From: an uncultured Desulfosarcina sp.
GTDB taxonomy: Bacteria > Desulfobacterota > Desulfobacteria > Desulfobacterales > Desulfosarcinaceae
DNA: 64,000 nt
Assembly: GCA_963674945.2 (NCBI GenBank)
Contig: CAXXWQ010000004.1
Span: forward strand, 576,001 to 640,000
Direction: 5' to 3'
Under the pieces are notes generated by a model that was not told the origin of the DNA, did not search any database, and worked only from the letters and a program-made list of their open reading frames with translations. Positions 51,058-60,336 of the stretch are shown one piece after another. The position numbers and the translations under genes are program-made. The first letter of the stretch is position 1, and every line of letters starts with the position of its first letter.

Positions 51058-51488
51058 ATAAAGCATGGGTACGTGCACAAAATGGGAGCCGAACAGAGAA
51101 AATACCACCCGAAAGCACGGCCTTGAGATGATGAAATTGTATTCATCCCGTGAACTTGAAGTTTAAAATCGAAGACGAGATTGAAAAACGATCTACATTG
51201 CGTTAAAAAAAAAGGGAGTTGTCACAACTCTTTCCAGCGAGTTTTTCTGATCGCAGACATGTAATCTCACTGCAAAACCGTTTGATCGCTTGAATATGCA
51301 ACTGTTCCTCGGCTGGCATCGTACGAATTTTCGGCATTACGTAAAGTGTAAAATATGATATGCAGTAATATAATTTACGGTCTACGGTGAAATCATCGGT
51401 AATGCATTCGGGACGTAGTTGGATTCGTTTCGCCGCCATATCATCGGATCTGGCTCTTTCTTCAACAAAGTGGAATGTGGAGGCTACT

Positions 51489-52346
51489 ATGACAAGCGAT
51501 ATTCGCAGCATGCTTGCTGAGTATACTGCCATGATGCGGGCTCAGCATTATCTTCACGATGACCCCCCGAAAATTTTGGACGATCCTTTTGCATTACGAT
51601 TATTGAGCACAAAAATGGCCGACGCTGCCCGAGAAACGGGATTTCAGACGACGATACAATGGCGTGTGGGCGCCTTGGTCTTGGGGCGTTCCCGTTTCGC
51701 GGAAGATGCCTTTGATATTGCACTTAAGAAAGGCGTCCGACAATATGTCGCATTGGGTGCAGGGCTTGACACGTTCTCGCTACGCCGCCCTGATTTGCTG
51801 ACGACTGTCCGTATGTATGAAATCGACCAGCCCGCCACACAGGAGTGGAAGAAGGAACGAATGGTGTCATCCGGTTGCGGCATACCGGAAAATATCGAGT
51901 TTGTGCCGGCCAATCTGGAAGAGGAGACCGTACTTGAAGTCTTGGCAAAATCCTCGTTCAATTCCGCTGAGCCTGCCTTTTTTTCATGGCTGGGAACCAC
52001 CATGTACCTCACCAATGAGGCCATTTTCCGTACTCTTGAGTCATTTGCAAGGCGTCTTGCACCGGGCAGTGAGATTACTTTTGATTACCGGGTTCCCGTT
52101 GAATGTATCAGCCCAGAGGATGTCGAAAATGCAAGACTGGGCTGGAAGGCCGGTGCCGATATGGGAGAGCCTCAGTTTTCGTTTCTCAATCCCTTGACCC
52201 TTTCCGATGAAGTCCGTGAGGTAGGGTTCGAAGTTGTCGAAAACCTTTCTCCCCAACAATTGAAAGAACGTTACTTTTCACAGCGTAATGATCCTCTCGA
52301 ACCCATGACCCATCACCATTATATTCATTTGAGAATCGTCGAATAG
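51489..52346 (+). CDS. SAM-dependent methyltransferase (LCM/TcmP-like family)
   Basis: MRA.H, DDPFA, RSRFAED, QYVALGAGLDT, YEIDQP, WLGTTMYL. Confidence 0.92.
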   Translation: MTSDIRSMLAEYTAMMRAQHYLHDDPPKILDDPFALRLLSTKMADAARETGFQTTIQWRVGALVLGRSRFAEDAFDIALKKGVRQYVALGAGLDTFSLRRPDLLTTVRMYEIDQPATQEWKKERMVSSGCGIPENIEFVPANLEEETVLEVLAKSSFNSAEPAFFSWLGTTMYLTNEAIFRTLESFARRLAPGSEITFDYRVPVECISPEDVENARLGWKAGADMGEPQFSFLNPLTLSDEVREVGFEVVENLSPQQLKERYFSQRNDPLEPMTHHHYIHLRIVE

Positions 52347-52396
52347 AGACGTATCGAGTCCAAAAAATCATTTCAGAATCTGAAAGCGGGGAAGAC

Positions 52397-53260
52397 ATGA
52401 ATCGTAAAATGGTAATTTTTGCTGTATTATTGGGCGCTTTGTTCATCATTCCCATGGGAACGGCAATGGCCGAGACGCCCCAGGAAAAAGGGTGGCAGAT
52501 AAAAAAAGCCATCGATGAATTGCCGGTGGTTGAGAAGATGACCAACGAGGTGGCATTCCGAATCTACGATGCCCAGGGAAAGCTGTTGTTTACGAAAAAG
52601 TCACGCGCAGCGATCTTTACCGAAAATTACAATGACGCGGAAAATCGTTTGGACCGCAACATCAGCTATTTCTTTGCTCCCGCCGATGACAAGGGCAACA
52701 GCGCCTTGATGATCGAGTATCCGGGGGACAAGGAGGATGACCAGTGGGTCTACCTGAAGGGATTACGAAAACCCAAACGGATTATCGGTTCCGATAAGGG
52801 CTCATCTTTCATGGGATCCGATTTTTCCAACGGCGATGTTTCCCCCATTGATATCGATGACAGCCGTTATACCTGGCTTGGGACGGAAGCGATCGATTTC
52901 AAAGGAAAACAAATTCAAGTGGAAAAAATCGAATCGGTGTTTAAAAGCGATAAGAAAAAAGAGGATTATGGCTACAGCAAGAAAATCGAGTGGGTTCACC
53001 CCCAATCGGGTCTGCTTTTTAAAACCGAATATTACGATCTGAACGGACAGCTTTCAAAGACAATGGAACTGCTCTCCTTCGTCGTCCTGCAAAATCGGGA
53101 TGGCAAACGCGTTTTCTGGACCACCGGAAACGAAATGAAATCCGTACTCAAGGGCACCAAGACCATGATGGACATAACCAATATCAAAGTTGAAAACGAA
53201 GCGGGCAATGTCGACCCGGGTATGTTCAATATCTCTTCTTTGACGCGAAAGTGGTGGTGA
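52397..53260 (+). CDS. outer-membrane lipoprotein-sorting (LolA-like) protein
   Basis: Signal peptide; FFAPADDKG, DDQWVYL, RI..SDK.SSFMGSDFS..D. Confidence 0.88.
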   Translation: MNRKMVIFAVLLGALFIIPMGTAMAETPQEKGWQIKKAIDELPVVEKMTNEVAFRIYDAQGKLLFTKKSRAAIFTENYNDAENRLDRNISYFFAPADDKGNSALMIEYPGDKEDDQWVYLKGLRKPKRIIGSDKGSSFMGSDFSNGDVSPIDIDDSRYTWLGTEAIDFKGKQIQVEKIESVFKSDKKKEDYGYSKKIEWVHPQSGLLFKTEYYDLNGQLSKTMELLSFVVLQNRDGKRVFWTTGNEMKSVLKGTKTMMDITNIKVENEAGNVDPGMFNISSLTRKWW

Positions 53261-53261
53261 T

Positions 53262-54716
53262 TTGGCAAACCATGGATTTCGGCAGACGGGGAAAAAATGG
53301 ATCCTGATCACGGCAATATTGCTGATCGGTTTGTTACCGGAAAACGGTTTTGCGGATGACCTGGACGATCTGATGGATCTTTCGCAAGCGCCCGCTGCCA
53401 CAGACACCGGCGCCAATGTGGAAAAAAGTGCCGGCAGCAGCGGCGCTGCAGGCGTTTCGGGGTTATCGGTCAACATCGGCGGATATCTCAAGACCTTGGG
53501 GTATTGGAGCCAAGAACGCTACTCCGATACGTTCTGGCAGGAGATGTACCTGAACCTTCCCGCCCGCCCGGCCGATCAGGAACTCAGCGGCTATACCAAT
53601 GTCGGTACGCGACTGCAGGTGAAGCTGGAGGGGTATCTGGGCGACAGGGCCAGACTCTTCACCGCCGTCAACATCGATTACAACACCGCTCATTCTCTCC
53701 ATTCCTATACCTTGCACACCGACGAAGACAGGCCGGATGACGTCGATCTGCGAATGATCGAAGGCTTTGCGGAGATCTTTGAACACAGCCGCGTCTGGAA
53801 AGTCGGAATGCAACTGGTGACGTGGAGCTACCTGGAAGGTCTGGAGGTTCCCACGGATCGGGTCAACGCCTGGGATCGATCCTATAAAAGCACGGAGTAT
53901 GAAGACAGCAAGATCGCCAGCACCGGCCTGCTCGTGACCCAGCGCATGGGAAGCGTCTATCTGGAGGCCATGGCCATTCCCGTGGCCGAGAGCAATGTCA
54001 ATCCGGCGTTTTATGACTATCTCTACACGGGCAAAGAAGAAGAGATCAGCCAGTGCAAGCCGGACGACGGCAAATGGGCCGCTCGCCTGTTCGGCACCAT
54101 TGGATATCTGGATTGGGCCGTCAGCTATGTGGACGGTCCCGATCCCGTCGCCGACATCTACGTGTATTCCGAGGAAGGAACCGGTGCCATGCTGGTGGGG
54201 AAAACATACAACCGCATCCGCAGTCCCGGCCTGGACCTGCAGTACAATCTCTTCGACGTCGCACTGGCCAAACTATCGGCGGTGTATACGTTTACCGAAG
54301 ATGAAGACGGAGACGACCCGATGATAAAAAACAGTTGGGGCAAATATGTGGTCGGCGCGGAATTCACGGTAAGCGGTTCCACGATCAACCTGTATGCCGG
54401 ACAGAATTTCATCACCGATTTTAAACAAGGGGCGCCGTACAACGAAACCAACTTTCTGCTTCAACAGATTTGGGAACGAACCGATTTCATATCGGGCCAT
54501 GCCAACATCGATTTTTTAACCGGCAATGCGTTGAACCTGGTTTTGATGGGCGCAAACTATTGGGATCAGGACGGCCAGCCCGTGCAGACGGTGGCCAGGG
54601 CGACATTGAAGTTTAAAATCGCCGATGGTCTGGAGATCCTCTTCGGCCCGACATACAGCGAGATTTTAAACAACTATTTCACCGATGTGCAGGCGGAAGT
54701 GAAATACTCTTTTTAG
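53262..54716 (+). CDS. putative outer-membrane beta-barrel protein (DUF1302-like context)
   Basis: Signal peptide; KVGMQLVTW; C-terminal EVKYSF beta-signal. Confidence 0.75.
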   Translation: MANHGFRQTGKKWILITAILLIGLLPENGFADDLDDLMDLSQAPAATDTGANVEKSAGSSGAAGVSGLSVNIGGYLKTLGYWSQERYSDTFWQEMYLNLPARPADQELSGYTNVGTRLQVKLEGYLGDRARLFTAVNIDYNTAHSLHSYTLHTDEDRPDDVDLRMIEGFAEIFEHSRVWKVGMQLVTWSYLEGLEVPTDRVNAWDRSYKSTEYEDSKIASTGLLVTQRMGSVYLEAMAIPVAESNVNPAFYDYLYTGKEEEISQCKPDDGKWAARLFGTIGYLDWAVSYVDGPDPVADIYVYSEEGTGAMLVGKTYNRIRSPGLDLQYNLFDVALAKLSAVYTFTEDEDGDDPMIKNSWGKYVVGAEFTVSGSTINLYAGQNFITDFKQGAPYNETNFLLQQIWERTDFISGHANIDFLTGNALNLVLMGANYWDQDGQPVQTVARATLKFKIADGLEILFGPTYSEILNNYFTDVQAEVKYSF

Positions 54717-54734
54717 AAGCGGAGTTTGCCAACG

Positions 54735-57700
54735 ATGGGAGTTATCGGTCGATTTTCAACACGCTATCCCAAAGCAATTATACTGGCCGTAACCGGGTTG
54801 ACGGTATTTTTTATTTATCAAATCATTACAAACGCATACGTGGATGTAGATCTCACTAAATTTCTTCCATCCGACCTAGAAAGCGTCAGAACCAACGATT
54901 ACTGTCGAAAAAACTTCGAATACGTGGAGAGATTGCTGATCGGCATCGAGTCCTCCGAGAAAGGGATCATGAATCCGCCGGTGCTCAGAGCCATCGAGGA
55001 CATCGTCACGGCACTCAAGGCAGTGAAGACGCGAAAAACCATCCATAGCGAACTGACCGGGAAGGTCGAAAGCATTGAACTGCCAATCGGCTTCGACCTC
55101 GATGATTTCATAAGCATTTCCGGACTGGAGGATGCAATCCTGGACAAGGAGACCGGTGCGGTCGTCACCGGCAGCGTCATACAAAAATTGAAAAAGGAAG
55201 CGGGCATCCCTTTCACCGAGACCAATGCAGCGCTTTTGCCCGAATCCGATGAGGATCTTTTAAAAATCATTCCCGCCTTGAAAAACCACGTTTTAAACGA
55301 CCGGCTGTTTCGCGGAGTTCTTCTCTCGACCGACGGCAAGGCGACCATCATTAATGTTCCCATGATCAGCAAATGGGAATACAAGCAACGCTATATCAGT
55401 TTAGAGTTGGGAACGGCTCTTGATCCCCATTTACTGAAAGCCCGTTTTCAAGGAAAGACATCCTCTTTTCCTTTTGAAGTCTATGGCAAGACGATTGACG
55501 ACGTGGTGTATGACGATGCATTTATCGCCCGGCATTCAAAAGAGGTCGCCAAAAGGTTGACCGATTATCTCGAAGATTGTCTCGAACCCGCTTTTGCCCA
55601 ACATCCGGAGCTCGAAAAACAATTTGCCGGACCGCTCACCCGGGAACGTTTCCAAGAGATACTGCGGATCACCCAGAAGCGGGATTTTTTCATGAATCCC
55701 GATATGACAACCTGGGATATCTTCACCGCCAAACTGTACGATTTCATGCTGGAAAATATCGATCCTGCAAGTCATGAAAATCTCGAATTTCAGCTGCCGG
55801 ATGTGAACAAAGTGTACGACATGCTGGAAATGTATGATCGCACCCGGGAAATTCTGGAACAAAAAACCAGCGCCGACATGAAAACGTATGTGACCGGAGA
55901 GCCGGCGGTGACCGCTCTCATGTATCGGGAACTCGGAAATAGCCTTGTTTTGTTGCTACCTGTCGGACTGCTGGCGGTCATGGTAATGCTGACGATCAGT
56001 TTCAGAAGCTTACGGGGCGTGGTGATCCCATTTATCACGGTGGTGTTGTCCGTCATCTGGGCGCTTGGGTTGCAGGCGCTTACAGGCACGCCGATATCGT
56101 TGGCCACGGGCACTGTCCCGGTGGTTTTGCTGGCAGTCGGCAGCGCCTATGGCATCCATCTGCTGAATCGATACTATGAGGACGCACGAAGCCTAACCCA
56201 TCGCCGTGAAATTCTGCGCAAATCGATTCTAAGTGTAGGCGCTGCCATTTTGATGGCGGGTTTGACGACATTCGCGGGGTTTGCGTCTCTGATCGGCGCT
56301 CCGATCTTGTTTATACGGCACTATGCGATATTTACGTCGTTCGGTATCATTGTGGCGCTTTTACTCACCTTAACCCTTAGTCCTGCGATTCTGTGCTACT
56401 GGCGGATGCCGAGTCAAAAACAACTGGAAGGGCGTCAAAAGAAAGGGGCGTCTCCGAGTTTATTGGAACAAATTCTGGTTGGTTGGTCGGCGGTGGTCAG
56501 CAAAGCGCCCAAAATCGCCATAGCCTTTTTTGCGGTCGTTTCGGTGATCGCCGCCTTGCGGCTTCATACCCTTCAATTTGAAGGCAGTATGGCCGCAGAA
56601 TTTGATCAGAATCATCCCATACGTATGAGCAGTGATTTCATCGATCGTTATCTGACCGGAACCGGAGAAACCACGCTGCTGTTTACCTTCAGGGATCGGG
56701 TCAACCTGAAGAACGGGTGGGTTCAGGATCAACTTCAAAAACGGATAATGACATTCACTGACACATGGATCGATCTGTTTTCCGGTGAAACGTACCAGGA
56801 TGACACCGGCTTGAAAGCGTTTGTTGATGAAATGATGCTGATGGTCCAACGGTCGGGTTCCGACATCGCAAAGATGGAGCAGACCATCGCACTGATGAAC
56901 GATTTGTTAAATGAGGAGTATGCCATCGATATCCAAAACGAGGGCGAAGGGGCGTCCGAAACCGATGAATCCGATCTTGCCGCGTTACTTGGAGAACAAA
57001 CCGCCACAACCGGCAGTGTATACGGGGGATCAGATGGGCTGGCCGGATTGGCCGAAACCCTCGAATCGTCCGCCGACAGCGCTGTAAACGAGGCGTTCGG
57101 CGGTTACACAACGGCTCAGGTCAACGGATTGAAAGAACTGAATCAAAGGATGGGCTATCCGGAAAAAAGCTGGGAGCGCACGGGCGAAACGATTGTCAAG
57201 ATGCGAGGCCTGAAAGCCACGCCCTTTGGTAAACAAATGGTTTATTGCTGGAATGAATTGCAGGACCTGTTCGCAACCGATGTCAAACAACCCTATGTGC
57301 TCCACAAACTCGAAAACCTGCGGGAGCAACTCGTCGCCTTGAAGGAGCCCAGCGTGGATATCGGGGACACCACGGTGGGGCCGACCGGGTTTGTCGTCAG
57401 CCCGGTGGATCTGGTGCGGAAAATGTACAGCCTGTTTTACCATGATGAGAATCCCGCCTATAAAAAAATCCCGGACACCCGCGTCGATAACCTGGCCGAT
57501 CCGGCGATGACCAACAGAGGGGTTATCGGCATCGTGTTAAACCAGGCACAGAACTCGGATCGGGATCAGTTCAACGCCATGATCAGCCCGGATCTCAAAG
57601 AGTTTCAGTGTCAGATTATGGCCAGAAGCATGCTGACGGTATTCAACGCCAAGTATACCGCTGCGTTAAAAAGGATCATCGCAAAAGCGTTTCCGGATGA

Positions 57701-58304
57701 CGATCCATATATCGAATCCATATCCATTGGCGGAGCCAGCCTGGTGTCATTGGATCTGGGAAATCTGCTCGTCATTTCTCAGGTGAGCAGCATCATCCAG
57801 GCCACAATTTTCATCTTTATCATCATTTTCTTTATCTTCAGATCGGTTATCGGCGGTCTCTTTGCGATGGCGCCATTGGTCTTCACCATCTTGACCAATT
57901 TCGGGCTGATTCTTCTTCTGGGCTGGAAGATTAATACGGGAACGGTGCTGTGTGCGTCGATATCCCTCGGTATTGGCGTCGACTATACCATCCATTTCCT
58001 GGAACGGTTCAAGGCGCAATTGATACAAGGCGATGGCTTCCATCAAGCGTTTATCAACACCATGCGCACCTCGGGAAAGGCGATTGTGATCAACGCAGCG
58101 TCGGTGGCGGCCGGGTTCGCAGTGTTAATGCTATCGGAAATGGGCGCAACCAATGCAATGGGACTGTTGATGATGGGCACCATGGCATACAGTTCGTTTG
58201 CTGCACTTACGCTGTTGCCGGCCCTGATTTTTGTCACCAAGCCAAAGTTTCTGACCAGAGTCGCAGAGACCGCACGCAAGCAAAACTTGGGAAGGGAGAA
58301 CTGA
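54735..58304 (+). CDS. MMPL/RND superfamily transporter
   Basis: Two TM blocks; AVGSAYGIH, LTTFAGF, GIGVDYTIH, SGKAI. Confidence 0.92.
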   Translation: MGVIGRFSTRYPKAIILAVTGLTVFFIYQIITNAYVDVDLTKFLPSDLESVRTNDYCRKNFEYVERLLIGIESSEKGIMNPPVLRAIEDIVTALKAVKTRKTIHSELTGKVESIELPIGFDLDDFISISGLEDAILDKETGAVVTGSVIQKLKKEAGIPFTETNAALLPESDEDLLKIIPALKNHVLNDRLFRGVLLSTDGKATIINVPMISKWEYKQRYISLELGTALDPHLLKARFQGKTSSFPFEVYGKTIDDVVYDDAFIARHSKEVAKRLTDYLEDCLEPAFAQHPELEKQFAGPLTRERFQEILRITQKRDFFMNPDMTTWDIFTAKLYDFMLENIDPASHENLEFQLPDVNKVYDMLEMYDRTREILEQKTSADMKTYVTGEPAVTALMYRELGNSLVLLLPVGLLAVMVMLTISFRSLRGVVIPFITVVLSVIWALGLQALTGTPISLATGTVPVVLLAVGSAYGIHLLNRYYEDARSLTHRREILRKSILSVGAAILMAGLTTFAGFASLIGAPILFIRHYAIFTSFGIIVALLLTLTLSPAILCYWRMPSQKQLEGRQKKGASPSLLEQILVGWSAVVSKAPKIAIAFFAVVSVIAALRLHTLQFEGSMAAEFDQNHPIRMSSDFIDRYLTGTGETTLLFTFRDRVNLKNGWVQDQLQKRIMTFTDTWIDLFSGETYQDDTGLKAFVDEMMLMVQRSGSDIAKMEQTIALMNDLLNEEYAIDIQNEGEGASETDESDLAALLGEQTATTGSVYGGSDGLAGLAETLESSADSAVNEAFGGYTTAQVNGLKELNQRMGYPEKSWERTGETIVKMRGLKATPFGKQMVYCWNELQDLFATDVKQPYVLHKLENLREQLVALKEPSVDIGDTTVGPTGFVVSPVDLVRKMYSLFYHDENPAYKKIPDTRVDNLADPAMTNRGVIGIVLNQAQNSDRDQFNAMISPDLKEFQCQIMARSMLTVFNAKYTAALKRIIAKAFPDDDPYIESISIGGASLVSLDLGNLLVISQVSSIIQATIFIFIIIFFIFRSVIGGLFAMAPLVFTILTNFGLILLLGWKINTGTVLCASISLGIGVDYTIHFLERFKAQLIQGDGFHQAFINTMRTSGKAIVINAASVAAGFAVLMLSEMGATNAMGLLMMGTMAYSSFAALTLLPALIFVTKPKFLTRVAETARKQNLGREN

Positions 58305-58367
58305 TTCACCAATTCTTGCATTGGCGATCCGCTTGGGGTTCAAGAATTTTTCAAAATCGAGGATGTC

Positions 58368-59654
58368 ATGTCTATCCAGAATTCTCGTGTAAATTTCTAC
58401 AATCTGGCAATGTCCATCGCCAAGGTGGTAGATTTGATGAGCACGGCCATTGGCAAACACCATCTGCAAGTTGCCCATTGGGCCTATCGATTGGCCGACG
58501 CTCTGGCGCTGCCGGATGACGAAAAATTCGATATTTTTCTTGCAGGGCTCCTTCATGATATCGGTGCTTTTTCTTTGAAAGAACGTCTGGACCTGCTGGC
58601 GTTCGAAGATACCAGGCCCGGAGAGCACGCCATCGCCGGCGGTGTGATTCTCGCGCAATTTACGCCCTTTGCTTCCATTGCCGAACTTGTCAAATTCCAT
58701 CACCTACCGTGGGGAAACGGACGAGGTGCCTCTGATGGCGGTTTTCCGGTACCCGCCGGAAGCCACATTATTCATCTGGCCGACCGCGTGGCGGTTCAAA
58801 TATCACCCCATAAACCGGTTTTGGGACAGATCCGCTCTATTTGCGAGTCCGTTTCGAAACAAAGGGGAGAACGATTCGTTCCCGAACACGTCGACGCCCT
58901 GCTCTCCATGAAGCATCGTGAATACATATGGTTGGATGCGACATCAGAGCAGATAGAAACCGTATTGAAAAGAAGCGTCCCCTTTCCCTCCAGGGAATTT
59001 TCGACACCGCAACTGGTCGAATTTTCGAAATTGATCTGCCGGTTGATCGATTTTAAAAGTGAATTTACCGCAACGCATTCCAGTGGTGTTGCTGCCGTGG
59101 CGGTTGAACTAGCCGATGCAACGGGATTTTCAAGAAACGAACGCCAGATGATCCAAATCGCCGGCTATCTCCACGACCTCGGCAAACTCGCCATTCCGTC
59201 GGAAATTATCGAAAAAGCAGGAGAACTGAATGAAAATGAGCGATTCATCATGCGTTCCCATGTGTATCATACCTACCAGGCCCTCGAGCCCTTTGCGGTG
59301 CTACACCCGGTCAGTCGATGGGACGCGCTGCATCAGGAGCGGCTCAACGGTACGGGATACCCGTTCGGTCTCGATGCCGATGATCTGCCCCTCGGCGCCA
59401 GAATCATGGCCGTCGCCGATGTGTTTACGGCTTTGACGGAAGACAGGCCTTACAGAAAAGGAATGGACACAAAACGAACGATGGATGTGCTGCAAACCAT
59501 GAGTGATAAAGATGAGTTGGATGAGACGCTGGTCGCCAGGGTTTTCGCGAACTATGATCAGTATAACGCGATTCGCGAATCGGCGCAAAATAGCGCCAGG
59601 CAGGAGTATACGGCCTTTCATAGCATGCTGGGGGGAACAATGGCGGCTTCGTAA
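58368..59654 (+). CDS. tandem HD / HD-GYP phosphohydrolase
   Basis: LHDIG..HH..LAD; THS..LHDLGK..ERLNGTGYP..VADVFTALTEDRPY. Confidence 0.92.
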   Translation: MSIQNSRVNFYNLAMSIAKVVDLMSTAIGKHHLQVAHWAYRLADALALPDDEKFDIFLAGLLHDIGAFSLKERLDLLAFEDTRPGEHAIAGGVILAQFTPFASIAELVKFHHLPWGNGRGASDGGFPVPAGSHIIHLADRVAVQISPHKPVLGQIRSICESVSKQRGERFVPEHVDALLSMKHREYIWLDATSEQIETVLKRSVPFPSREFSTPQLVEFSKLICRLIDFKSEFTATHSSGVAAVAVELADATGFSRNERQMIQIAGYLHDLGKLAIPSEIIEKAGELNENERFIMRSHVYHTYQALEPFAVLHPVSRWDALHQERLNGTGYPFGLDADDLPLGARIMAVADVFTALTEDRPYRKGMDTKRTMDVLQTMSDKDELDETLVARVFANYDQYNAIRESAQNSARQEYTAFHSMLGGTMAAS

Positions 59655-59761
59655 AAAGATCTTTTTCAGTTTGTATTCATGGGCGGGTTTTTTAAAAATG
59701 TAATCTTCTGCGTTGCGCTTCACATTTGAATGCCTGCATCCTTTTCACATGGAGGTATCAC

Positions 59762-60299
59762 ATGTATGATTTCTTGCTTACGCCAAAAGAAGAAGAATTA
59801 AAAACGGAAGTTCGCCAATTTGTTCGGGAGGAAATTACACCTGATTTTCTCAGAAAAATGGATAAGGAAACGATTCGTGGTCGGGGCAGAGGGCGCCGAT
59901 TCCATTACGCAGCTTGATGCCGCGCGCAGTCTTTGCGACATGGCCGCAAAGGCCGTTGATAAGAAATACACCAACGTTCGACGCATCGTCAGAGAAGCCA
60001 AGCGATTTGCAACAGAAACGGCGTGGAATGTTGTCAACAACGCCATGCAAGCATTGGGCGGTATCGGATATACCGACGTATACCCACTAGAAAGAGCGCT
60101 ACAGGATTTCAGACTGGGTATGATATGAACGGGAACAAGCGAAATAATGAATCTTCTGATTCAGCATGAATATTATAATGAGGTTTTACAATCCTCTTAT
60201 GATCGCCGAAGCATAGAAGAAGATGCTAAGAATCCGGACAGTTCAGAACGTTGTCTAACAGATGAGGATATGAAGTCGATTTTCGGAGATGGAATTTAA
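59762..60299 (+). pseudogene. acyl-CoA dehydrogenase with large internal deletion and premature stop
   Basis: MYDFLLT..EVRQFVREEI N-terminus joined out of frame to ADSITQLDAAR..AMQALGGIGY..ERALQDFRLGMI*TGTSEI. Confidence 0.88.
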
Positions 60300-60336
60300 T
60301 ATTTTTTAAGGACATAGAGGTTGGAGGAGGCAAAGG

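Noticed and set aside
59643..59658. GCGGCTTCGTAAAAAG resembling the MITE terminus at the HD-GYP stop
   Set aside because: Too short, with no partner end or internal hairpin; it may be chance or a minimal relic.
60126..60128. In-frame TGA as selenocysteine or recoding
   Set aside because: The position corresponds to a usual Trp in a gene already broken by deletion, and TGA is used as a normal stop throughout the window.
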